Of a stretch of 64,000 bases of DNA, positions 36,267 to 44,435 are shown piece after piece (position 1 is the first letter of the stretch; each line of letters opens with the position of its first letter). A program made the position numbers and the translations under genes. Origin of the DNA: Candidatus Omnitrophota bacterium (GTDB taxonomy: Bacteria; Omnitrophota; Gorgyraeia; Gygaellales; Profunditerraquicolaceae); NCBI GenBank assembly GCA_041663665.1, contig JBAYMG010000006.1, positions 1,918 to 65,917 on the forward strand, written 5' to 3'. The notes beneath the pieces were generated by a model. It did not search any database, was not told the origin of the DNA, and saw only the letters and a program-made list of their open reading frames with translations.

Positions 36267-37676
36267 TTACGCACCCACTAAAACAGTCGCCGCACGCAGT
36301 ACATTAACCAACGGTGTCGGCATCCATATGCCAATACCCACTAAAGCTGCAATCGAAACGATAATAGCCGCATTCATAAAAAAATTCTCCTTATTGGCTA
36401 AAACCGGTTTTGTCGATGAGCCATAAACAATCTCCAAAACAATCCGGGCAATCCCAATAAAAATAAAAGCCAGGCAGATGATAAAAAGAGCAGCCAAAAT
36501 ATAATGTTGACCAATAATTACGGCATTCAGAATCATCAGTTCACTGTGAAACGTCGCAAAAGGGAACATTCCTGTTCCGGCCAAAAGCGAAACGATCAAA
36601 AACGCTCCCGTCAGCGGATAAACATGAATAACACCCTTTATTTTATCAACCGATGATGAGCCGTATTTCTGAGCAACCGATCCGGCAGTTAAAAACATAA
36701 TTGCCTTAGCTATTGCGTTGTTAATCATATGAAACAATGCGCCAAATACACCAACTCCTCCTAAAGCCAAACCCAAAACAAGAATACCCATATGTTCAAC
36801 CGAAGAATACCCAAACGCCCTTTTAATATTTTTTTCACCTAAAATAAAAATAGCCGGCACCAAAAATGATAACAAAGCCATCATAATCAGCATTGAAGAA
36901 TAAAACTGGCTCAATCCAGTCTTATTACATATCTGCGCGACTCTAATCAATGCCAAAAAAGCACATTGCGTTAATACTCCGGACATTAAAACCGCCACCA
37001 TTCCGGTGGCCTGCCCGTAAACCTCCGGTTTCCAACTATGCATTGGAGCTAGCCCCATCTTGCAGCCATAACCAACCAATAAAAAAATAACACTCAGCTT
37101 TAACCAATTCACTGTCAAAGATGCTGCGCCGTTTAAAAGCGCAGGTAAAAGAAGAGAATGTAAATCATGCGCGGCAATCGCTAAGAAAAATGTGCCCATC
37201 AATGCCAAGGCAATACCCACAGAACAAACCAATAAATACTTCCAGGTTACATCCAGAGTTTGCTGGTTACGATGAAAACTAATCAAAGGAGCACTGAGGA
37301 GTGTAGTTGTTTCAACCGCTATCCACAAAAGGCCCATATGGTAGCTAAGCGAAACAACAGTCATGGTTGATAACAAAATAAAAAGACAGGCAGTAAAAGT
37401 CCGGTTACTGCGTTGCTCATGCTTAAAATAACCAACCATAAAAACAGATACAATAAGAAAAAGGAAGCTCACAACTGATAACAGAATCAACCCTAAAGAA
37501 TCAAGCACTAAATAGCCGTTAAATTCTGAAACTGGAAGCTTAAGCCAAAACGAAGAAACAATAATGGAATGAATAAAGGACACCGCGCACAAAAGCCCTC
37601 CGCGGAAGATACGCCTCACCGGAAGAAAAACAGCAAACGCACAAAAAAGCGGCAGAAAAAGCAAGATTAACAGCAT
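36267..37676 (-). CDS. antiporter-like membrane subunit (NuoN/HyfF/MrpD-like)
   Basis: 469 aa, about 14 TMs, with a conserved charged pattern in TM7/TM12-like helices. Confidence 0.75.
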   Translation of the reverse strand: MLLILLFLPLFCAFAVFLPVRRIFRGGLLCAVSFIHSIIVSSFWLKLPVSEFNGYLVLDSLGLILLSVVSFLFLIVSVFMVGYFKHEQRSNRTFTACLFILLSTMTVVSLSYHMGLLWIAVETTTLLSAPLISFHRNQQTLDVTWKYLLVCSVGIALALMGTFFLAIAAHDLHSLLLPALLNGAASLTVNWLKLSVIFLLVGYGCKMGLAPMHSWKPEVYGQATGMVAVLMSGVLTQCAFLALIRVAQICNKTGLSQFYSSMLIMMALLSFLVPAIFILGEKNIKRAFGYSSVEHMGILVLGLALGGVGVFGALFHMINNAIAKAIMFLTAGSVAQKYGSSSVDKIKGVIHVYPLTGAFLIVSLLAGTGMFPFATFHSELMILNAVIIGQHYILAALFIICLAFIFIGIARIVLEIVYGSSTKPVLANKENFFMNAAIIVSIAALVGIGIWMPTPLVNVLRAATVLVGA

Positions 37677-38329
37677 CAGAAACTTTCCCCTGTCTCAGAG
37701 CGGCTCTCAGCAACCGGTGCACGCTCAAACTCCTCATTAATATGATTAATGATAATTGCCATAATAAAAACAGCGACAAAAATATCCAGCAGAATACCCA
37801 TTTCAATAAGAGTCGGCATGCCGTCAAATAATAATAGGGCAAATAGAAAAATCCCATTCTCCATAATCATATAGCCCAACACCTGGGTCACCGCCCGGGT
37901 ACGCGTAACCATAATCATAAAACCTAAAAGAACTGTTGAAAGCGAACATGGAAGAACTAAGTTAGAAACCGCTTTTCCCGGTAACTGCAATGATAAAGAA
38001 ACCCAAAATGCCCCTGCAATCAAAAGCGATCCAAGGATAATCGATAAACCAAACCCGATAAAAGGTTTAACTTCCGAACGTATCGAAACATGGCGGATAG
38101 CCCAAAGTAAAATATAAGGCACTAATATCCCCTTAAAAACTATCGTAACAATCGCAATGGCAATAACCCGGGCGGAAAGGGCTTCTGCATGCAGAAAAAA
38201 TGGCACGCAGCCTAAAACAAAAGACTGCAGTGCGAAAATATGGATCATACCGACAATACGGTACGTCGCAAGAATAGCCAGCGCAAAAAACACAATGAAA
38301 ATACAGCCGGCATCAATCCAAGCTGTCAT
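37676..38329 (-). CDS. small membrane subunit, HyfE-like
   Basis: 217 aa, 6-7 TMs. Size and position match HyfE/EhrC-like subunits. Confidence 0.55.
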   Translation of the reverse strand: MTAWIDAGCIFIVFFALAILATYRIVGMIHIFALQSFVLGCVPFFLHAEALSARVIAIAIVTIVFKGILVPYILLWAIRHVSIRSEVKPFIGFGLSIILGSLLIAGAFWVSLSLQLPGKAVSNLVLPCSLSTVLLGFMIMVTRTRAVTQVLGYMIMENGIFLFALLLFDGMPTLIEMGILLDIFVAVFIMAIIINHINEEFERAPVAESRSETGESF

Positions 38330-38332
38330 ACT

Positions 38333-39259
38333 TTACCCCCTCCAGATTGTAATGACAAAACCAAAAAATGCTAAAGCAAAAGCAATTAACAACAAATTCC
38401 TTACACGGTTAAGCCTCAAACGCGCCATCGACGACTCAATGACTCCGACCAAAACGGCTAATCCCAGCATGCCGGTTAAAAATATCAGCATATCTTTAAC
38501 CGGATTACCAGTCTGAAATGGAATAATCAATATCATAACCAAGATCCCAGAGAACAGAAAAAGTTTCACTGCCGAGGCATAATGCATATACGCCAAATCC
38601 ACCCCGCTGTGATCCAGGATCATAACTTCATGAATCATGGTTAATTCCAAATGAGTATCCGGATCATCAACAGGAATCCGGCAATTTTCCGCAAGAAGCA
38701 CGATAAAGAAACTGGCGACAACTAAAAGCAAAACGGGATCCAAATTCCAAGGTATCAAAATATTAACCCCGATCATTTCGGATAAAGAAATACTCTGGGT
38801 CAGGCAAGCAAGCGTAATAAAATTCATAAAAAGCGCTAATTCCGATAAACATGAAAAAAAAGCTTCACGGCTGGCACCAGCGCCTTCCAGGCTTAGCCCG
38901 GTATCCAGGGCCGAAGCAATCATAAAGAATCTGGACAAAGCAAGCAAATAAGCCAATAAAAGGATATCTCCTGAAAACTGTAGAGGCGCCTTAAGTATAC
39001 CTAACGGTATTTCGAGAGAAACAACAAATACCGAAGCTAAAGCAACAACCGGTGCAGCTCGAAAAACCCAGGATGTAGTTTGGCTATAAATACACTGCTT
39101 CCGAGAAAGTTTAACCAGATCAAAATACGGCTGAAAAACCGAAGGCCCCTTCTTCCCGGCAAAGAATGCTTTAACCTTAACAACCAGGCCGACAAACAAC
39201 GGCGCAAGCAAAAATACGAATAACCAATGAATCAGAATTAAAAAAATACCAATCAACAT
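38333..39259 (-). CDS. NuoH/HycD-like membrane subunit
   Basis: FFAGKKGPSVFQPYFDLVKL matches the NuoH/HycD N-terminal signature; 8 TMs. Confidence 0.85.
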   Translation of the reverse strand: MLIGIFLILIHWLFVFLLAPLFVGLVVKVKAFFAGKKGPSVFQPYFDLVKLSRKQCIYSQTTSWVFRAAPVVALASVFVVSLEIPLGILKAPLQFSGDILLLAYLLALSRFFMIASALDTGLSLEGAGASREAFFSCLSELALFMNFITLACLTQSISLSEMIGVNILIPWNLDPVLLLVVASFFIVLLAENCRIPVDDPDTHLELTMIHEVMILDHSGVDLAYMHYASAVKLFLFSGILVMILIIPFQTGNPVKDMLIFLTGMLGLAVLVGVIESSMARLRLNRVRNLLLIAFALAFFGFVITIWRG

Positions 39260-39263
39260 AGAT

Positions 39264-41093
39264 TTATCTCATTTTCCAAACTAACAAAAATATTAAAAAC
39301 AAAAAGATGTACATTAAATAAATCTGGGTATATCGAATACGGCCATCATCAATCTTTTTAGAAAGAATGGCCAACCTGGAAAACAATGGACGAAATACAA
39401 AATCTTCAGCAGCATCACGCACCAAAGAATGCATCTGTGTCGGCAAAGGAAAATCCCCCTTCACTCGGCCACCATGGCGGCGTAAGAATAAAATATTTTT
39501 CACAAAATCCAAAATAGAATGCGCAAAGGAAGAAGACGTATACTGAAATCTAGAAGTCACTTGCGAAAAACCGCAGCTCCAAGTTTCCAAACGTGAAATT
39601 ACTAAAACCGGAGTTTTCTTTAATAAGTGCCGGCGTAAAAATATTAAAAACAAAACCAGCACAAGAAAGATAAAAAAACCGTTATTAACCATCGAAAGCG
39701 AAACTAAAATTCCTGAAAAATTAATACTCGAAGCTGCCACATGCGACAAGTATTCCCCAGCTAAAATAACTAAATTTACCGCGTATTTCGGGACAAAACC
39801 AATCCAGATGCAAAGCCCAGCCAAAACCAACATCGGGGCAATCATCAAAGGGGATGCCTCCCTCCTTATCGACAACACCAATTCTTTGCGTAATTTGCCT
39901 AAAAAAACAGTGCCATAAACCTTGGTGAAACATGCTAAGGCCAACGCCCCCATCAAAGCTAGAAATAAAATACCCAAAACACAAGCCACCATTCCAGCTA
40001 AAGGCAAAGTCAATAACCCCTGGAACAATCCGAAAAAAATAATAAATTCACTGATAAACCCATTAAACAATGGCAGCCCGCAAATAGCCAAAGCACCGAC
40101 AAGAAATAATGCACTGGTAATCGGCATAGACTTGGCTAATCCGCCTAATTGATCCAGCTGTCCGGTATGAGTTTTTTGAATAACAGAACCTGCGCCCAAA
40201 AACAAAAGCCCCTTAAAAATAGAATGATTTAAAACATGGAGCAACCCCCCCGCAAAACCAATAGTCGCAAGCAAAGGCAAAGCGTAACTCCGCCCCAATA
40301 AACCAACACCGAGTCCCAAAGCAATAATCCCGATGTTTTCAATACTGTGATAGGCTAAAAGTTGCTTAAGCTCATGCTGCCCTAAAGCATACAAAACACC
40401 CATAATCCCAGACACAACACCTGTCATGAGAAGCATATACCCGCACCAATCAGGAAATACGCCAACCATCCATAAAACACGGCAGATCCCATATATACCG
40501 ATCTTAATCGCCACCCCTGATAAAAGCGCAGAAACATGAGCTGGAGCTGCGGGATGAGCATGCGGCAGCCAAATATGTACCGGCAAGAAACCAGCCTTAA
40601 CACCAAAACCAAACAAAGCTAAAATAAAAACTGTACCGGCTAAAACCGGAGATAAATTCACCCGCGAGATCAAATCAAAGTTCATTGAGCCTGCTGCATG
40701 CGAAAGTAAAAAAAACATAATAAAAAGGAGAAATGTCCCGCAATGAGCCATGGCCAAATATAGAAAACCCGCTCTACGCACAGAGGCCTGCTCATCATCA
40801 AAGATAATCAGGAAGTATACCGCAATCGACATTGTTTCCCAGGCGCCTAAAAAAAGAATTACATTGTTAGCTGTAACAATAACAACCAACGCCAGTACAA
40901 GCAGGCAATAAAAAAAGATGTGTGCCCCAAGAGGCTTCTTCCCTTTATATGGCTGCAAATAACCTGCGGCATAAATCCCGGAACAGGCAACTAGAATGAA
41001 AATGCAAATTAAAAATAATAAGCTAAGCGGATCAACCTTAAACGAGATTTCTCCAAACGGAACCTGCCAGGGCAATTGAAAAATATTTTTCAT
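39264..41093 (-). CDS. NuoL/HyfB/HycC-like antiporter-like large membrane subunit
   Basis: 609 aa, about 16 TMs, Mrp/NuoL-type core. Confidence 0.85.
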   Translation of the reverse strand: MKNIFQLPWQVPFGEISFKVDPLSLLFLICIFILVACSGIYAAGYLQPYKGKKPLGAHIFFYCLLVLALVVIVTANNVILFLGAWETMSIAVYFLIIFDDEQASVRRAGFLYLAMAHCGTFLLFIMFFLLSHAAGSMNFDLISRVNLSPVLAGTVFILALFGFGVKAGFLPVHIWLPHAHPAAPAHVSALLSGVAIKIGIYGICRVLWMVGVFPDWCGYMLLMTGVVSGIMGVLYALGQHELKQLLAYHSIENIGIIALGLGVGLLGRSYALPLLATIGFAGGLLHVLNHSIFKGLLFLGAGSVIQKTHTGQLDQLGGLAKSMPITSALFLVGALAICGLPLFNGFISEFIIFFGLFQGLLTLPLAGMVACVLGILFLALMGALALACFTKVYGTVFLGKLRKELVLSIRREASPLMIAPMLVLAGLCIWIGFVPKYAVNLVILAGEYLSHVAASSINFSGILVSLSMVNNGFFIFLVLVLFLIFLRRHLLKKTPVLVISRLETWSCGFSQVTSRFQYTSSSFAHSILDFVKNILFLRRHGGRVKGDFPLPTQMHSLVRDAAEDFVFRPLFSRLAILSKKIDDGRIRYTQIYLMYIFLFLIFLLVWKMR

Positions 41094-41776
41094 TAAACTT
41101 TCCTTACTGACTTTGATTCTGCAACATGAAACGCGACAAGGATCTCTTCTCTGCTTACCTTGCGGCTTAATGCTGACTTAACACCTTCATCCTGCAGACA
41201 AAAAACCAGGCGCGATAATAATGATAAATGCTCTTTAAAAGAAGAAGACAAGATTACGAATAACGTATGCACGAACTCTCCATCTAAAGCAGAAAAATCA
41301 ACCGGCTTCTCCAAAAAAAATAGCCCAATCACCGGATCCATACCCGCAAAAACAACCGGATGCTTAACATGTGGAATAGCAATCCCATTGCCGATACCGG
41401 TAGTCCCGGCCTGCTGGCGGGATAAAAGCATTTCCTTTAATGGATTTTTTTGAACTTGCTCAGGCAAGGGCAAAAAATCCAGGACTTTATCCAAAATATC
41501 TCCACTGCTAGAACCTTTTAACCCGGAATAAACTCCCCCTCGCATAATAGCCGAAGAAACAGGATCCTGTCCGTGCCGGCTATTCTCACATAACTTCAGC
41601 ACTCCGGAAGTTAAAAGAATCCGCTTCTTTAAAGCCCACTCTAAAACTTCCACGGAATTAAAATAATACTGATCATTCGCCCTTAAGGCCGGCATTCCCT
41701 GGTTATTCAACCACTGGTAAAGAATCCTCTCTTCGATCTCAAACGCTTTTTCTATATCATGGAAAGTCAGTTGCAT
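41093..41776 (-). CDS. HTH (excisionase/MerR-like) domain fused to PTS EIIA type-2 (EIIA-Ntr/PtsN-like) domain
   Basis: N-terminal MQLTFHDIEKAFEIEERILYQWL helix-turn-helix. C-terminal GNGIAIPHVKH with the phosphorylatable His. Stop overlaps the first gene of the Ehr-like module. Confidence 0.7.
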   Translation of the reverse strand: MQLTFHDIEKAFEIEERILYQWLNNQGMPALRANDQYYFNSVEVLEWALKKRILLTSGVLKLCENSRHGQDPVSSAIMRGGVYSGLKGSSSGDILDKVLDFLPLPEQVQKNPLKEMLLSRQQAGTTGIGNGIAIPHVKHPVVFAGMDPVIGLFFLEKPVDFSALDGEFVHTLFVILSSSFKEHLSLLSRLVFCLQDEGVKSALSRKVSREEILVAFHVAESKSVRKV

Positions 41777-41781
41777 AAATT

Positions 41782-42120
41782 TTACCCCTCTCGGACAAGC
41801 CTTTCCAAAAGTTTTCCACTTCGCTTAAATTTCTTTCTCAACAACTCAGCAATGGGGCGCAGTATCTTAAAAACATCGCGATCGAGTAGCCGGTAATACA
41901 CGCTTTGTTTCTCCTGTCTGGCCGAAAGAATCCCCAAATCACGTAAAATTGCCAAATGACGCGATAAGCTCGACTGTTCGACTCCTAACTCTAGCACAAG
42001 CTTACCAACAGCAGCCTCTCCAGCCCTAAGGTATTCAATAACCTGAAGCCGGACAGGATGCGACAAACCCCTTAAGAAGTCAGCCTTAATTTTAAAAACC
42101 ATGTCATCGCCGTTTTTCAT
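41782..42120 (-). CDS. ArsR/SmtB-family transcriptional regulator (no metal-binding Cys motif)
   Basis: HPVRLQVIEYL...SSLSRHLAILRDLGIL winged HTH. Confidence 0.85.
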   Translation of the reverse strand: MKNGDDMVFKIKADFLRGLSHPVRLQVIEYLRAGEAAVGKLVLELGVEQSSLSRHLAILRDLGILSARQEKQSVYYRLLDRDVFKILRPIAELLRKKFKRSGKLLERLVREG

Positions 42121-42291
42121 TAATCCCTCCCTTAAGCCTTCTCTCCTTTTAAAAATACCTTAGGCTTTTGCCCAACCTGGCGATTAATTTTATCGAATAA
42201 ACCAGCCGCAGCAAAAAAACAACGGCCATTAAATTAACGCCTATTATATGTCAATTTTGTAATATGTAAATGTATATTATTTATAACAATT

Positions 42292-42735
42292 TCACTTATC
42301 CTGCCTGGCAGATTGTTGTAAAATCTGATTTGCAGCACAGGCGTCATCATCCTGATCATCGCCGCTTCCGGCATTAAGATTAGCCGGATTACTCTCCAGC
42401 TTGATTATGTCATTATCCGAATACATTGCAACTTTATCTTGATATTTGTTTTGATAAATCTTGCCTTCAAAAACATTTCCCCAGACATGAATATCTTTCA
42501 ATTGTTTCGGATCAACTGCCAAAGGATCCTGTTGAAGAACAGTAAAATCGGCAAGCTTGCCCACAGCAATGCTGCCAATCTCTTTTTCCTTTCGCAAGAC
42601 AAAGGCAGCGTTAATGGTAATGGTTTTAAGCGCATCTTTAACGCTTATTTTTTCTTCGGTCCCGGCAACTTTGCCGGACATAGTCAAGCGATTTACCGCG
42701 CACCAGACAAGCGTAAGCGGACTAGCTGGCGCCAT
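42292..42735 (-). pseudogene. C-terminal remnant of an amidohydrolase-family gene with a low-complexity acidic tail
   Basis: The protein ends with the GKLADFTVLQQDPLAVDPKQLKDIHVWGNVFEGKIY motif typical of metal-dependent amidohydrolase C-termini. It lacks the roughly 300-aa catalytic barrel. A stop lies 4 codons upstream of the ATG. Confidence 0.45.
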
Positions 42736-42908
42736 TGGTGTGATTATACCACTTCCATTCCAAAATAAAAAGGCTATTGACCGTTATCAATCAATAGCCT
42801 GAATATATTCTAAATTTAAAAACGCAAATTCTTACAAACTACCAACAATATAAGAATAGGTCGATTCTCTCTTGCTAATGAAAAAGCCAATCTCCTTCTA
42901 AAAACTCT

Positions 42909-44435
42909 TTAGTGCTCCGACTTTATAAGCTTAGAACCCAGCAATGAAAGAACATTATCTTCAAAAGAATCCCGGCTAACTGGCCCGCGTTCATTCGAAT
43001 CCTCCTTAGCACCTCCGCCCAGTACCGCATAAATCCTAACTTCGTTTATAAGCTTAGTCAGTTGCATAGTAATAAGCCCTTGTTCTGCGCCATAAAGCGA
43101 ACGCTGTGCATCAAGGACACTTAAATAGTTATCAATCCCATTTGTATAGCGTTTATTTGAAAGCAGATAAACTTTCTCTGCAGAATCAACCATCGACTGT
43201 TGCGAAGCTATTTGTTGATCCACCGTACCTTTTACGGCAAGGACATCAGCTACTTCCTTAAAAGCCGTCTGAATAACTTTCTCATATTGGGTCAATGCGA
43301 TTTTTCTATCCGCCTGGCTAACCCGATATGCCGCCCATGTGCGGGCATCAAAAATCGGCATCACCACCTGCGGTGCGTAAGTCCACGTACCCTTGCCGGC
43401 TTTAAACAAACCTGAAAACTCATTGCTTGCCGAACCCAGGGTAGTTGTTAACGAAATACTCGGGAAGAAAGCAGCTCGAGCTGCCCCAATATTAGCATAA
43501 GCGCCTTTTAACTGATGCTCCACAGCCATAATATCCGGACGCCTAAAAAGCACCTCGGAAGATAAACCGGGATAAATATCCATAAGCGGACTAACACCTG
43601 TCAAATCAGAAGGTAAAAGATCTTCCGGCACCAAAGAACCAGCCAAAAGGTCTAACGCATTTTGATCCTGTGCTTCCTGCTGTATATAACTCATAACATT
43701 AACCATCGCTGTATCCACCTGAGTTTGCGCCCGGCGTAAATCTATTTCTTGCGCAATCTTAACTTTATATCTGCGCAATACTAAATTATAAGCACTTCTC
43801 TGCGCCTCAAGGGTAGACCGAGCCAGATTAAGATTTGCCCGATCCGCAGCAATGGTTAGATAAACCCTGGCAACTTCAGACACCAGCGTAATCTGGGCAC
43901 TACGCCGGGCCTCTTGCGTACCCAGATAATCTTGCAATGCCTGTTCTTTCAGGCTGCGGATACGGCCGAAAAAATCAATCTCCCAGGCAGTAATACCTAA
44001 ATCAACACTGTACTGGTTAATTGTCCTGGAAGCTCCAGGACTAACAAAATCGGAAGAATAACGTTGTTTAGCTTGTCCTCCCTCCAGATTAACAACTGGA
44101 AGCAGCTTGGCCCGTTGAACCCCATACAAAGCACGCGCCTTTTCCACATTTAAAACCGCAAGCCGCAAATCCCGGTTGTTATCAAGAGCCATCTTGATAA
44201 TTCTTTGCAGTTTTGAATCAGTGAAAAATTCCTGCCACCTCATTTGCGTAACATCTGAAACTTTAACCTTCGGCTGTGCCTTTAAATAAGCAGCACCGCT
44301 TGGCCATTGGTCAGCAACCGGAGCTTTCGGCTGGCTATATTTAGGAATCATAGTACAGCCGCTTAAACAAATAACCATGCCTAAAATTAAAACAAGTACT
44401 CGCCTCATATTATTGTTTTTTACCCGGCCCAACAT
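42909..44435 (-). CDS. RND-efflux outer-membrane factor lipoprotein (NodT/OprM family)
   Basis: Lipobox LSGC with two OEP repeats. The start is probably MRRVL at 44408. Confidence 0.85.
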   Translation of the reverse strand: MLGRVKNNNMRRVLVLILGMVICLSGCTMIPKYSQPKAPVADQWPSGAAYLKAQPKVKVSDVTQMRWQEFFTDSKLQRIIKMALDNNRDLRLAVLNVEKARALYGVQRAKLLPVVNLEGGQAKQRYSSDFVSPGASRTINQYSVDLGITAWEIDFFGRIRSLKEQALQDYLGTQEARRSAQITLVSEVARVYLTIAADRANLNLARSTLEAQRSAYNLVLRRYKVKIAQEIDLRRAQTQVDTAMVNVMSYIQQEAQDQNALDLLAGSLVPEDLLPSDLTGVSPLMDIYPGLSSEVLFRRPDIMAVEHQLKGAYANIGAARAAFFPSISLTTTLGSASNEFSGLFKAGKGTWTYAPQVVMPIFDARTWAAYRVSQADRKIALTQYEKVIQTAFKEVADVLAVKGTVDQQIASQQSMVDSAEKVYLLSNKRYTNGIDNYLSVLDAQRSLYGAEQGLITMQLTKLINEVRIYAVLGGGAKEDSNERGPVSRDSFEDNVLSLLGSKLIKSEH

